Positions 40,806 to 54,859 of a DNA stretch of 64,000 bases are shown piece by piece. Numbering within the stretch: position 1 is the stretch's first letter; each line of letters opens with the position of its first letter. Below the pieces are notes generated by a model. It saw only the letters and a list, made by a program, of their open reading frames with translations. It was not told the origin of the DNA and ran no database searches. Source of the stretch: Camelus ferus (Eukaryota); contig NC_045697.1 in NCBI RefSeq assembly GCF_009834535.1, forward strand, positions 111,602,001 through 111,666,000. The letters run 5' to 3'. The translations under genes and the position numbers were made by a program.

Positions 40806-43189
40806 TAGAAAACGTTTCTTAATTTTCTCTCCCCCATCTTCTAGAGCTTGTGTACGGGTTTCTCTCTCTCTCTGTCTCTCTCCCCACCTCCTCCTTTTTT
40901 TGCTCTCTTTACTTCCCCAATCACCTTCAGGCCCAAGCAAAACCCTTAACCTTTCGGAACTGCCACTTGGCAAGAGTTACATTTCTCTGTCTCGTTTCTC
41001 AAAGGCATTGCCCACGATTTCAACTGAACTCTGCCTTTCATGAAGCTAATCAAGTCACAGAGCCCGCCTTCCAAATTCACAGCTTGCTGAGGAACAGACA
41101 GGCGTGGGAGGGGAGGAAACTGGAACACCGGGTACTGGCAAGATCCCCCCTGTCCCTCTGTCACCTCTTTTACCAAGAAAATGTTCTTAAGATCCCAGCC
41201 AAATGACAAGCTCTTTTTAACCCTCCTTCTTTTATAATAATTTTCAGTATTTATTACTGCTTCTCAAGCTTCTTTAACCTATACACCTAATTTTTCCAGA
41301 GTTTTACCTTCTGTAGTTTTATTACAAAAGTCAGAGTATTTCCCCCCAAATATGAAATTATAATTGAATTCTTCCCCACTTACATACACCTGGAGAGTCT
41401 CAGCTAGTCCTGAGTGAGGAGGTTGACCATCTACCCTCCCACATGGCCTCTCTGAGAATCACTGGTCCACCTGCACTGCTCCCTGGAGCTTGGTTAGTAA
41501 GTCGGCCAAGACTGAAAAAGGGATTCTAAAGACTAGTTGTTGTAGTTATCCCGAATTGCAATAAACCAAGAGCTTGGGCCATAAAATAGGCACTTAATTG
41601 GTCCCTGGGGAAGCTGTTCAGCTTTCTAAGAGGTTCTACAGTTGGTACTAGAACCGTACAGTAGTGACTTGAGATTTTGCAGCTAACAAAAACCAGCAGG
41701 CTACGGTAATCCTTGTGTTTCCAATCGTGCTAAACGGAATTTAGAGAGCTGTTTGATTAGTCTAAACGAGTTTTCTATTTTCAATCCCTTTTCCAAAATA
41801 TGTGGTTCTGCACTTCAGTTTTTATACTAAACTGGCTTATGCACATTCCTGAAAAAAATTTCTGAGCCAGAAGTTAGTGACTAATGGATAAGGCTGAGTG
41901 ACATGGGAACAATGTGGTAAGCTTGCCTTCTGTTAGCATTTCTCTGACCTTGGGGACTCCGGTGTTGCTAAAGCTGAGGATTATTTGTCGTTTTTTTAAC
42001 CTTCTTTCGCAAGGCATAGAGGTCAAATTTGTCTATGAATTCAAAACAGTGAAAATATTAAAATTTACACATGCTTTTTATTTGTGGGACTGTATTTTTC
42101 CTTTTAGTTATCAGCATGCATAAAGCAAACACATAGCATTTTCCCCTTTTTTTCCTAAAAAAAAAAAAGGTTATCTTATAATCTCATTAACCCTTACTGC
42201 CCCCCTGTGGAGTATGGCTCTCACTTTCTTTTCTTATAATTTCCCTTAAAATTGGGCTGACCAAATCTAAGAAATAAAGGAGCTTGTCCAAACTGAACAG
42301 TGAAACAGTGCTGCAATTGGAAATAGGATTCAAGACAGCAGGACCTAAAACTTCTCAAGATTGTAATTGAATATAAAATTTGATGCACCTACATGGTGTC
42401 AAGGAAACCTATTTAAGATATTTTCTTTGGAGGATTCCTGCTGGCATAATTTATATATATATACACTCATAAATCAGTATGCATGAAAATTTATAAGAAA
42501 TATACAGCACACATTTATTTCTTCTAACATTATGGAGATCTTGCCTAATAGTTGCAGGTGTTCAGAAAAGCTTCAGGTCAGAGAGAGGAAGACCAAATCT
42601 ATTTCTAAATCAATATCTAAATCTATCCCATTTCCTTTGGAACATAATACCCTCTTGAAATACATTTGATAGCTCCATCACCAGCCTTTGTTTCCGCGAT
42701 GGTGAACAGTGTATTTGGCCTTGCCCTGATGCTGTGTTTTGACCTCTAACTGCCAATGTCAGTTTCCTTCCTAAGAGTCAGTGAGGGTTTTCCTGACCTT
42801 GCGATACATTGTTTTTAGATAGTACACCCCAAGAATACATGCAAATTCAAGAGATTTAATTTGACCATTGAATGTCACTTTTGAGTATAAATGTGATATT
42901 TTGGTGGCAGACTGTTTTAAAGGGATGCGGGGTGAACTCTGGAAGGTCACACTGAGGGGCGTATGGAGTTATCGGACTCCATACGGACCACCTCGTTTCC
43001 AAAGTACTTGATCCCCCCCAGTATCTCCTCTACCTTCCAAGCTTTTTCACATTTCTCTTTAGACTGAGGGTGTTTCAAGGGAGAAATGCCCTTGACACGA
43101 TCGCTGCTCCCTGTGCCAGACTGCTAACACATGCATTGTCATGCTGAGAGGAGCTACACTTAGGGTCAATACATGAAAACTAGCTTACT

Positions 43190-45470
43190 GTTTTTAAAAT
43201 ACAGTGCATGCTCGATATGAACAAAATTCTAACATAACTGAAGATTACAAAGAAGAAAGTAAAAATATATCCAGACTCCCAGAGAAAGCATCTGACAGTG
43301 TGGTGAACACCCTCCACATGTTTCTCTGTGCATATCTACACGTTTGTAGACACGTACAATCTTACATAAATGACATCACACAGTGCACACTATTCTGAAA
43401 CATGCTTCTTTCCAGTTATCTGTCCTAGACACCCTTCCATACCCATCGTTACAGAACTTCTTTCTTGTCTTACAGGCGGCAGTGGATTCTTCTGAATCGG
43501 TATACCATAATTTACTTGATTATCTAGGCTGTTTCTGAATTTCTGCTATTTTTTGGTTTTATTTTATTTTTTTAGTTAAAGTATAGTCAGTTTACAATGT
43601 TGCATCAATTTCTGGTGTACAGCATAATGTTTCAGTCATACATACACATACATACATTCCTTTTCATACTCTTTTTCATTATAGGTTACTCCAAGATATG
43701 GAATACAATTTCCTGTGCTATATAGTATAAACTTGTTGTTTATCTATTTTATATACAGTAGTTAGTATCTGCAAATCTCAAACTCCCAGTTTATCCGTTC
43801 CCACCCCCTTTCCCCTCCGGAAACCATAAGTTTGTTTTTTACGTCTGTGAGTCTGTTTCTGTTTTATAAACAAGTCCGTGTCTTTTTTTTTTTTTTTTTG
43901 ATTCCGCATATAAGTGATATCATATGGTATTTTTCTTTCTCTTTCTAGCTTACTTCACTTAGAGTGATGATCTCTGTGTCCATCCATGTTGCTGCAGATG
44001 GCATTATTTTATTCTTTCTTATGGCTGAGGAGTATTCCATTCCATACCACATCTTCTTTATCTAGTCATCTGTTGAATTTCTACTATTTTAAACAAAGCC
44101 ACAATGTGTATCCTTCCTGTGATATTTGTTCTCACGTATTCATTTATTTCTTTTGAGACTTTTAGACATATTGCCAAACTATCCTCTAGAAATCCCCACC
44201 AGTAAGACATAAAAGTATCCCTTTCCTGAAATCATCTCCACCTCTGAATGTTATTAACCTTGTAATAATTGTCAATTAGACCAAAAACTGAAATTTCATT
44301 GATATTTTATTTGGCTAGAGTTTGATCCTAATAAGGTTAAACATCTCATATGGTTATTGGTCATTTAGATTTCTTCATTTTGTAAATTTCCCATTCATTT
44401 CTTTTGTCATCTTTCTTTTGGTTTTTCCCCCTACATATGTATCATATATAAATTTTTTTTACTTTTAGCCTTTTGTTTTGCATCATGTTGCAAAACATTT
44501 TCCCAATTTGTCATCTGTCTTTCTCTCTTCTTTATAGCATAAGTTATCAGTTTGCTTTTTGTTGGGCTATATGCAACACAAAACTTTAAAAAGTCAAAGT
44601 TATTAATTTTAGCCTTTTTTGGTTTCTGATTTTTTTATGACATAGTTTTAAAAGGGCCTGCCATGTTCTGAAGGGAGAAAGAGTTATCCATTTTCCTTCT
44701 GATACTTCCAACAGTCCGTCTGTCACACTTCTATCTGTGATCCATCTGGAAGGTATTTGTGCATAAGGAGTTGAAATCTCGGTCTGTTTTGTTTTTTCCA
44801 GATGGCTGATCTGCTGTCCCAAACCATACTGAGTGGTCTTCTATTTTACCACTTTTTCTGAAATGCTAACTTTATCATATAAGTTAGTATGTATGGATAC
44901 ATCCATCATAGTGATTAAAACATCAGTATTTGGAGTCAATAAAGTCTGATCATTTTCTTCATATAGCACTTCTTGTTAAGGTTTTATAAGAATGTACTTT
45001 ACATTTTTGTTGTTATCAAAATTGATGTGTTGTCTGCCAATATATTTTCTAACTAAGTATTTTTAAAGTATAAAGCAACTATTAATTTTGTATATATAAT
45101 TTAAAATCTATTGCAAAAATGATAGTTTTGCTGCTTCTATTCCAACTCTTGTTTGATTCCTTGGCTTGATACATCAACAGCACCTCTCTTTTATTCCTGA
45201 TTTAATAAGTTGAGAAAATATTCATCTAATTCTACTTAATAAGTATTTCATTGGAAATGGATGTTAAATTTTATTAAATGCATTTTTGGCATCAATCAAG
45301 ATAATCGTATGGTTTCTCTCCTTTGACTTATTAATATATATATGGTGAATTATATTAATAGTCTTTTAAAAAGCTATAAGCTGCATTTGCATTTCTTGGA
45401 ATCAGTCTTTCTTGGTCATGCAGTGTCAGTCTTTTAATATACTCTTGGATTCTGTTCAAGATATTTTTGC
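43190..45470 (-). mobile_element. Ancient degraded L1 (L1ME-like), interrupted by a younger L1
   Basis: T-rich reverse L1 motifs (ATATTGCCAAACT; CATCTCATATGGTTATTGGTCATT; AAATGCATTTTTGGCATCAATCAAGATAATCGTATGG); boundaries approximate. Confidence 0.6.
43553..44073 (-). mobile_element. LINE-1 3' fragment nested in the older L1
   Basis: 17-bp TSD TGAATTTCT(G/A)CTATTTT at 43536-43552 and 44074-44090. Confidence 0.92.
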
Positions 45471-45639
45471 TTTTACAATGTGATTGTAAGCAATACATCT
45501 TAACAGTCCCATCATTGTTTTGGTCCTACTTCGAGTAGTAAATTCAAAGTCAATTCATTAAAAATATTGCACTGTTATAAAATGAAACTACTATCACATC
45601 TTCTTAAACAATAGTTTAATTACATTAAAATTTTGAAGT

Positions 45640-46345
45640 CACAGGTATATACCAAAGAGAATTCAAGATATGGCCACACAAAAACGTGTACACAAATGTT
45701 CATAGCATTATTATAATAGCCCAAAACAGGAGACAACCTAAATGTTCACCAACTGATGACTTGATAAACAAAATGTGGTATCCATACAATGACATATTAT
45801 TCAGCAATGAAAAGGAATGAAGTAATAATACATGTGACAACATGGATGAAAATCTTAAATATATTGTTATAAATGAAAGAATCCAGTCACAAAAAGCCAT
45901 TGTATGATTGTATGATTCCATTTATATGAAATGTTCAGAATAGGAAATTCTGTAGAAACATAAGGTAGATTAGTGGTTGACAGGGACTAGTGGGAGAGGG
46001 GAATGGGGAATGACTATTGGCACAAGGTTTCTTTTTTTTTTTTAGTCAAATAATTTTTATTGAAGTTTAGTTGATTTACAATATTGTATTGGTTTTAGGT
46101 ATATACCATAGTGATTCAGGGTTTTTTGGTTTTCTTTTTTTTTTTTTTGGTTTCTTTTTGTTTTTGCAGATTATATTCCATTAACAAGGTTTCTTTTTAG
46201 GGTGATGAAATGTTCTGACATTAAATAGCGGTGACAGTTGCACAACTCTGAATATACTAAAGATAACTGATGGTACACTTTGAAAGACTGAATTTCATTG
46301 TATGTAAATTACATCTCAATAAAGCTATTATTTAAAAAAAAAGAA
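45640..46345 (+). mobile_element. Old L1 (L1MB-like) 3' end with a nested minus-strand L1 tail (46037-46183)
   Basis: L1M 3'UTR motifs; nested insert flanked by TSD ACAAGGTTTCTTTTT at 46022-46036 and 46184-46198. Confidence 0.85.
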
Positions 46346-46651
46346 TTACATGAGGGAAATGTATTGAAATGATACCACAGACAGGAAGTTTTTTAGTCCA
46401 TGTTTTACTCCATATTTACTCCATTTTTTCCCTCTTTCCAAAGGCTAGCCTAGGAATTTTGAAGATCCCTGTTAAAAACTGAAAGAGGAACAAAAAACAC
46501 ATGAAATGTCTTGACAAACGCAGACTGAGACACGTATGAGGTTCCCAATCACCAACCATAGACTGAACAATAGTTTAATTTTCCTGATCTATAAAACTGT
46601 GCTAACAAAGGGCTTTTTATTTTAGGAGATATAAACTTAAAACACATTTGC

Positions 46652-46905
46652 AGGGGGAAGAGGGTGGGAAGGGATAAATTAGGAATTCAAGATTTGCAGA
46701 TACTAATATATGTATAAAACAGATAAACAACAAGTTTATACTGTATAGCATAGGGAACTGTATTCAATGGTGTAACTTGTGAAGAAGAATATGGAAACGA
46801 ATGTATGTTCGTGTATGAGTGAAGCATTGTGCTGTACACCAGAAATTGACACAACATTGTAAACTGACTATACTTCAATTAAAATATGTATATACAAAAA
46901 AAAAT
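46652..46905 (+). mobile_element. LINE-1 3' end
   Basis: GGGTGGGAAGGGATAAATT...GACTATACTTCAATTAAAA plus polyA. Confidence 0.88.
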
Positions 46906-47550
46906 CCCACATCTGCACAAATCCAGCTGGCTTTCTGTGTCTTACTGCTATTATGACAAAGGTAATGACAAGTCTGCTGAATGTGGGTAGGTTAGCAGAT
47001 GGAGGGGTGGGAAGGACGTACAAAAGGTAAAAGGGGGGTGGGACCATCAGACGTGTTTGCCGGGCTCCATGCCGTTCCTGGGAAGGCTACAGTCCCTGCC
47101 GTCCGACCTCAGAACCGTCCTGAGGCATCTGGTCCTCCCCACAAGCCCTGGCAGACCACATCAACTCATGAGAGTCACCAGTCAAGACCCAGGTTATCCT
47201 TCTGCTGTTACTGTTGTCTAAAGGGTCCTGTTACTTTACACAGTCAGAGTCTAGGGAACGTTTAGGGAAATGTAATCAAGCCTGTGTTTAATACTTAACT
47301 CTGAATTTAGTAGGGTATGCTCATGAACACAGACTAATTTGGAAATTATAGCACTGTAGGGTGCAGTTGTGCTGATTTCACTTCTCACACAGGAAAAATT
47401 CTACCTCTGTGTTTGCCCTCACCTGCAATCAGTGTAGATTCAGCCATACGTCTTTGAGAAACTTGGATTTAATTTTTGAAATACCATTATGAAGGGTCAT
47501 ATTACCTAATAGTTGTTAGGGCTGGGTACCTGCCTTACAGGTCTGCTTTG

Positions 47551-47552
<2 letters not shown>

Positions 47553-47582
<30 letters not shown>
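47553..47582. repeat. (CA)n microsatellite
   Basis: Directly visible. Confidence 0.95.
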
Positions 47583-47586
<4 letters not shown>

Positions 47587-48192
47587 AGTGTTTGTTTTTT
47601 TATAAACAGTCCGTACTATACTACTAATACGTCCACTACTAGTCATAGTCGTGGTATAATAATAATCATGTAGGGCTCAACCTGTCCTTGACCAATATAC
47701 CTGGAATCAATTATTTAAACATAAAAGAGAGATAGGATTCCTGGTAATGAATCTAATAAAGGATAGCTGGAGCATTTATTGTGATAACAAGTCTCCAAGA
47801 GGGGGAAAATGTTATAAAATATAAATATTCACCAAGGATGAAGATGTCTGGACTGATCTATTACCACTTTCTTGCCAAGATTTTCCCATAAGGGCAATAT
47901 TTAACAGATGTGATGCTGAAATATCATATCCCATTAGCCAGAAGTGGGTCCTATGGACACCCTGCCTGGAGGAGGTTGGCTGGGAAGATCAGGGCTGTGG
48001 TTCAAACTGGGTCAGCCAACAGCATCAGCTCCATCATCCCTCCCCTCAGTCCTACCTAATCCCCCTGAACCCAGTGAGGCTCAGTGACAGGGAGAAGCAT
48101 GGAGATGTTTTGAGGCTCATAGAAAGGGAAGAGGGCCTGCTTCACAGATTACCTAGTAATCAGTTTTTACTTATAAAAGCATAATGATTTCA

Positions 48193-48940
48193 ATAAATAT
48201 TGGAGAGGGTGTGGAGAAAAGGGAACCCTCCTACACTGCTGGTGGGAATGTAGTTTGGTGTAGTCGTTATGGAAAACCATACAGAGATTCCTTAAAAAAC
48301 TAAAAAATATAATTGCCATATGATCCAGAAATCCCACTCCTGGGCATATAGCTGGAGGAAACTCTAACTTAAAAAGATACATGCACCCCAATGTCCATAG
48401 CAGCACTATTTACAATAGCCAAGACATGGATGCAACCTATATGTCCATCAACAGATGAATGGATAAAGAAGATATAGAAGGAATGGAATACTACTCAGCC
48501 ATAAAGAAGAATGAAACAATGCCATTTGCAGCAACATGGATGGACCTAGAGATTACCATACTAAGGGAAGTAAGTCAGACAGAGAAGCAAAAATGCCATA
48601 TGTTATCACTTATATGTAGAATGTAAAAAAATGAACTAATTTACAAAACAAAAGCAGACTTACAGACATAGAAAACAAATTTATGGTTACCAGGTGGGAA
48701 GGGATAAATTGGGAGTTAGGGATTTGCAGATACCAACTACTATTTATAAAACAGATAAACAACAAGATCCTACTGTATAGCACAGGGAACTATATTCAAT
48801 ACCTTGTAATAATCATAATGAAATGAATAACTGAATCACTATGTTGTACACCAGAAACTAAAACAACATTGTAAATTGACTATACTTCAATTAAAAATAA
48901 ATATACATATATATTTAATGAGAAAGGAAACAAATAAAAA
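48193..48940 (+). mobile_element. LINE-1 3' fragment, followed by older L1 ORF2 remnants to ~49420
   Basis: ORF2 end and 3'UTR; degenerate TSD AAAAGCATAATGATTTCAA / AAAAGCTTAATGGCTTCAA. Confidence 0.88.
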
Positions 48941-50029
48941 AGCTTAATGGCTTCAAGAACAAAGGCAAGGATTTACACTACCTGATTTTAAGACTTACTA
49001 TAATGCTAGAGTAATCAAGAGAGTTTGGTATGGGAATAAGGAGAGACATAGATATGAATTAATGGAATAGAATAGAAAGTCTAGAAATAGACCACACATA
49101 TATGACCAAGTGACTATCAACAAAGTTGTCAAGGCCAATTAACTGAGAAAGAATTATCTTTTCCACAAGCATTCCTGGAACAATTGGCCTTCTGTATGGG
49201 GGAAAAAAATGAACCATATACACACAAACAAATGTTAACCTGAATTAATGTAAAGGCTAAAATTTCTGGAAGAAAATAAGAGAAAATCTTTGTGATCTTG
49301 GGTTAGGCAAGGTCAAAGCACAAGCCATTAAAGAAAAAAAACTGATAAACTATATTTAATCATAATTTAAAATTTTGATGATTAAAAAACAGAGTTAAGA
49401 AAATAAAAAAGCAAGACAGAAATTCTGTTTCCTTTCTTGCTAGTGATCTGGGGATGGTGATCTGAAGAGGCTGGAGGGCTAATGAAGCACTCACTACACA
49501 CTGTAGATGGGAGGTAGGTTCGTACACATTCTGAAGAGCAATCTAGCAGTGCTTAGTTAGATTAGTACATGTGTAATTGGTGGCCCAGCAGTCTCCGTCC
49601 TCTTGGAGTATATACCCCAAGAGACGCTCTCATGTGGGTCTCCGAGGGAGCATATATAACTACTTTCATTGCAGAACTGATGGCAGTAGAGGTTGTTGGA
49701 AAGCCGTGTGAGTATCTGTCACTGGGGGAAGATTTCAGCAAACTGAGGTGGATGCATAACTTGAAGTAGAAGTAAGTTAGAAGTGAAGTAATGCAAATAA
49801 ATACAACCACCATGCTGGAGGATAATTTGCCACATTCTTAGTAAAGTTGGAAATGGGCACAATCTTTATGATCCTTCAATGAAGTGAAGCAGTGAGAAGG
49901 AAGAGACCAGAGATACAAAAGCAATAGGGATTATCCCAACAACCACTGCTGACTATAAAGAGCAAGAAAAAGAATGAGATATAGTATACATACTGTTATA
50001 TAAATTAAAAAATACATGCATGCATTATA

Positions 50030-50628
50030 TGCCATAGCCAAGACATGGAAATAACCTAAATGTCCATCAACAGATGACTGGATAAAGAAGCTATTGTATA
50101 TTTCTACAATGGAATACTACTAAGCCATAAAAAAGAATAAAATAATGCCATTTGCAGCAAAAAGGATGAACCTGGAGATCATCATTCTAAGTGAAGTAAG
50201 CCAGAAAGAGAAAGAAAAATACCATATGATATCACTCATCTGTGGAATCTTAGAAGAAGAAGAAGGACGAGGAGGAGGTGAAGGAGGAGGAGAAGGAGGA
50301 GAAGGAGAAGAAGCAGCTAATGAACTTATCTACAAAACAGAGACAGACTCACAGAAAGTAAATAATCTTACAGTTACTGGGGAACAAGGGGGTGGGAAGG
50401 GATAAACTGGGAGTTTGAGATTTGCAGATACTAACTACTACATATAAAATAGATAAACAAAAATTTTCTTTTGTATAGTAGAGGGAACTATAAACAATGT
50501 CTTGCAGTAACCTATAATGAAAAAGAATATGAAAATGAATATATGTGTGTATGTGTATGACTGAAACATTCATTGTGCTATACACCAGAAATTGACACAT
50601 TATAAACTGACTATACTTCAATTAAAAA
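50030..50628 (+). mobile_element. LINE-1 3' fragment with an internal GAA/GGA expansion
   Basis: L1 3'UTR; TSD AAAAT(A/G)CATGCATGCA; purine triplet tract ~50252-50312. Confidence 0.9.
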
Positions 50629-50803
50629 AATGCATGCATGCAAAACACAAGTTCATGCAAACATAAGGATATACTTTAAGCCCATTAGAAAGAGATGTGT
50701 TTGTGAGGAGGGGGTGGAGAATAGGTGTGGAAATGATGATAAAGAGGAATAAATAAAACAAGGAAGGGTCAAATGAAATAGCACATATGAAAACAGTGAA
50801 TAC

Positions 50804-51415
50804 TGTAGGAGAGGAAAAAGAATATTCCTTCTACCCTTCTAGGTTCTTGGCTGAGACCCCTCTGTAAGTAAAAAGGCAGATTAACAGGAGAAAAACAGAG
50901 GGGTGGGAAGTAGCTCAGTGGCAGAGCATATGCTTAGCACGCACCTCCATTAAAAAAAAAAAAAGACAAATAAAAATTTTTTTAAGTGGAGAAAGACATA
51001 TTTAATTACATAGTAGATACATCAGTTCCACAAAGATATGAGACTCATAGAAGTGAACAAAGCAGGAAGCTCTTACATATTTTAGACGAAGAAAAACTAA
51101 ATTTATTTTTTAAAAATTGACAAGAAAAAGGAGTTTGGCCTAGGATAGCAAAATGGGGAAGAAGTAACAGACAAGTTCATCTACACAGCCTTCCCAGCCC
51201 CAAATTCCCTGTCTCTGGTGGTGAGGATGCCTTCCACCCTCCTGGTACAGGGAGGGTACATCTCACATGGGAGATTTATTTTCTTTCAAGACAGAAGGCA
51301 GGGAGTGGTTCAGAGTGACTTTCCTGCTTCTACCATTTTCGCAAGCTCTTTGAGCTTAAGATATTTAATTTACCAAAGTGCCATATTTGGGGGTAGTGTG
51401 TCCTGAACCCCAACA
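50804..51415. mobile_element. Solo ERV1-like LTR with a nested truncated SINE (~50899-50965)
   Basis: TG...CA termini (TGTAGGAG...CCCCAACA) and 4-bp flanks ATAC / ATGC. Confidence 0.75.
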
Positions 51416-51789
51416 ATGCATATTTAGTGTGCAGAGTAGGCCATTCAATAAATGCTGTTTTCCTTCCTTCCTACATTGTTTTGTGCACACTGAGGCATGA
51501 AAGAAGGATTTGAGGGTGAGAGAAAATTGGAAATCCCAAACATTTGGTAGGGGTGCAAATAAATACAATTACCAAGTTGAGAATAATTTGCCAAGTTCTT
51601 AGTAAAGTTGAAAATATGCATAATCTATATGACTCTTCAGTTTCATCTCTAGAGAGAATGTCCTAGAGAAATTCTTGCACACATGCATCAGAAGATGTGT
51701 TCAAGGATATTAATTACAACATTGCTTGTAATGGTGAAAAACTGGATACATCCCAAATGTTCACCAGCATGTAAATGGATGAGTTTTGA

Positions 51790-52795
51790 GGTTGTGGTAC
51801 AAGAAATATTACATCTTTTATGTCTGGTTCTGGGCACAGAGGTCTTGAACCCTTAGAATTTCCTGAGTGATGAGAGAGTCTTTAGGAATTCATTAGGAGT
51901 CCTTCTGGAGCACACCTGAGTTCGTGCTATGACATTATTATCGAAGCAAACTTGGATCTGCTTGCCAGCGTGCAGTAAAGCCAATCTACTGACACCAGGT
52001 TGTACTGAAGGAAAGTACAGAATTTATTACAGGTGCCAAGCAAGGAGAACAGGGAAGCTAGTGCTTAAAAGGCCCTAACTCCCCAGTGGTTTTCAGAGAA
52101 AGGTTTTTAAAGGCAGGGTGAGGGAGGGGGCTGTGGGGTATGTGATCAGCTCGTGGACAGTCTTCTGATTGGTGGGTGGTAAGGTCATCAGGAGTCAACA
52201 TCATCAACCTTCCAGTTCCAACCAGCCTGGGGTCTATGTGCTTGTGGGCTGCATGCAGTTAACTTCTTCCACCTGGTGGGGGTTTCAGTCTCTGCAAAAC
52301 AGCTCAAAGGACATGGCTCAGGATAGTATCTACAGCCCTGGAGGAGGAACTAAAGATCTTTGACTTATTTTAATGGCTAAACTAGTATTATTTTGTCTTG
52401 CTTGACTGTTTTCCTTTGTTTCTGTATTTTCTCACTTCTCTGATTAAACGTACTCTTTGGAACTTGGGGAAGCCTAGGAGACTAAAGTTTTTCTACAGAC
52501 AAGAGGCAGGTGGAGGACATGGTGGGGTGGGGGAGGTCTGTTCCAGGCAGGTCCTGCTCGGTTACAAAGTGACTTAGGATGGGGACCCTAAGTAGCCTCA
52601 AGATGGGTCTGGTCACCAGAAGACCAAGTGATTAAAGTGTGGGGGCTCTCAGACCCACCCACTGACCTAGGGGGAGGGAGGAGGTATTAGGGATTAAACT
52701 CTATAAAATTTTTGAACGAGACTCAGAGAGCTTCTGGGTTGGTGAATTTATCACAAGGCTAAGAGGGTAATATGCCTTGAGAAGGCATGGAAGCA
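51790..52795. mobile_element. MER21-like LTR interrupted by a second ERV1-like LTR (~51935-52567)
   Basis: MER21-like motifs (TGGCACAGAG-like start; GGTCACCAGAAGACCAAG; GAGCTTCTGGGTTGGTGAA) on both sides of an insert ending CCTGCTCGGTTACA. Confidence 0.65.
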
Positions 52796-52899
52796 AATTT
52801 ATATATATATATATCTCACACCAATTATAATCTTCACATCTGAAAAAAACTAACCCTGGTAGATTCTATTTTCTTTATTTTACAAAAAAGAAAACTACC

Positions 52900-53605
52900 A
52901 CTTCAACCCTATAAGGATGGCTTTTTTTTTTAAGAGGAAGATAAATGTTGGTCAGGATGTGGAGAAAATAGAAACCTTGTGCCTTGCTGGTGGGAATGTA
53001 AAATGATGCAGCTGCTGTGGCAAAGAGTTTGGCAGTTCCTCAAAAAGTTAAACAGGGAAGTGTGACATGGCCCAGAAATTCCACTTCTAGGTGTATATCA
53101 CAAAGAACTGAAAACAGGAACTCAAACATACACTTGTACGTGGATGCTCATGGTAGTGTTATTCACAATAGGCAAAAGGGGAAACAACTTAGATGTCCCT
53201 GTGAATGGATGCACAAAATGTGGTGCATACATACAATGGAATATTATTCATCTGTGATGAAGAATGAAATTCTGATATGACAATGCAGATGAAATCTGAA
53301 AATACCATGCTAAGTGAAATAAGCCAGACACAAAGGACACCTGCTTCATAATTTTACTTATATAAGGTTCCTAGAATAAACAAATTCTTAGAGACAGAAA
53401 GTCCAATAGAAGTCACCAGGGGAGATGGGACATTATTGTTTCACGGAGACAGAGCTTCTGTTTAGGGTGATGGGAAAGGTCTGGAAATGGATGACAATCA
53501 TGGCTGCAGAATGTTCTGAATGTAGTGAATACAATAGAATTGTATACTTAAAAATGGTTTAAATGGTACATTTTATGTTATATATAATTTACCACAGTAA
53601 AAAGA
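52900..53605 (+). mobile_element. Old L1 (L1MB-like) 3' end
   Basis: WMHKMWCIHTMEYYSS-type ORF2 end and L1M 3'UTR. Confidence 0.85.
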
Positions 53606-53789
53606 AATCGAGAGAGAGAGAGACAGAGACAGAGACCTGGAGGTTCAAGGAATATTAGGTGTCTTGCCTGAGGCTGCCTCATTCACAGATGCTAGACCTG
53701 GACTCAAGCTCCCTCCGACTGGCCCCACAGCGGAAGCCTCGTGCACCGCCCGCCCTTCCCCCTCCGCGCTCCAGTCCTCTCCCCAGGAG

Positions 53790-53975
53790 AACTGAAACAA
53801 GGCGGGGGCGCCTGCTTCCACCTCAGCTAAAACTGTGCGCATCCGGCATGCAGATTTTCGAGGTTCTGCACACGTCCGCAAATGACCTCAAAGGGCCACA
53901 AGTATGGATGTGGGGGTTCCAAACAAATTTTAGCAAGTAGGTGAATTCGCAAATGGAGAATCTGCAAATAACGTG
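53790..53975 (-). mobile_element. Tigger4/Zombi-like DNA transposon end, split by an LTR
   Basis: ACAAATTTTAGCAAGTAGGTGAATTCGCAAAT...CTGCAAATAA resumes as TGAGGATC at 54309 after the LTR; family recalled from memory. Confidence 0.65.
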
Positions 53976-54307
53976 TGTAGGGAAAATGGAGTTACTCAGG
54001 CTCCCCCGCCGGACGACGCGTACCCAGTGACTCAGCAGTATTACCCCGCATGCGCGGGACCCACGTACCGTTATGTAATGATGACTTGCGCTGCACACGT
54101 GCCCTGGTTAGCCCACAGGTCATAGCTGGCTAGATGCCGGCTCTGTTTGCTTTGATATACAAGGCAGGTGGGACTTTCCACCACCACCATTGAAGCCTGT
54201 GTACTCCTTCGCAATAAAGGCATGTCAGAGATACCCACGGCTGAGAGTGCTCTTAAGTCTGCCCGAGTCCCGCGTGAACCTGCCAGGCCTTGAGCGCTTG
54301 CAATACA
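53976..54307 (+). mobile_element. Solo LTR (332 bp), CpG-rich
   Basis: TGTAGGG...CAATACA termini, TATA-like GATATACA, AATAAA at 54213-54218, degenerate 5-bp flanks ACGTG / ATGAG; interrupts the Tigger end. Confidence 0.7.
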
Positions 54308-54859
54308 ATGAGGATCAGCTCTATTTACAAAACTGTGCTTTTAAGCTTGCAAGGTTTTGGAAGTGACCTCCCAAGGAGAGGTACGTGTGTGGGTGAGGTG
54401 CACAGTGCCCTGCTGGCTTTACTTGGATGGAAAAGTCCTCAGCACATGGGGAAACATATCAAGCAATTATTTCCAGGCTTTCATATACCTGGGGAGTCAC
54501 CCAGGAAGCTTGTGAAAATGCAGGTGCTGGGCCTTAGCTGGGGCTCAGGTGATCTAGGATTGAGCCCAGGAAGCTTCATCTTTAGAAGCAGGCTCAGGTG
54601 ATTCTGACACATTTTGAAAAGAAAATCTATAGAAATTCTCAATCTGGGCCTGCCTCTTGTTTATACACTGCTGCCAAAACCCATCAGTAATACACCTGCA
54701 GTCAAACACATTTGAGATTGTTGGCTGAGTTCACTGCAATCAAGGAGACCACACACTATGGGGGAAGTATAGGGCCTCCCAGTGAAAAAGAGTTAGAAAG
54801 AACTTTCTATGAGAATTTGGCTTGTGTTACACGTTTGGGGGAAGGCTCAAAAAGTAGGC

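Noticed and set aside
42195..42211. CTCF-like motif (reverse CCACAGGGGGGCAGTA)
   Set aside because: Mismatch at a core position; a single motif match is not evidence without ChIP data.
50145..50405. Glu/Gly-rich ORF (EEEEGRGGGEGGGEGGEGEE)
   Set aside because: A GAA/GGA simple repeat expanded inside an L1 3'UTR.
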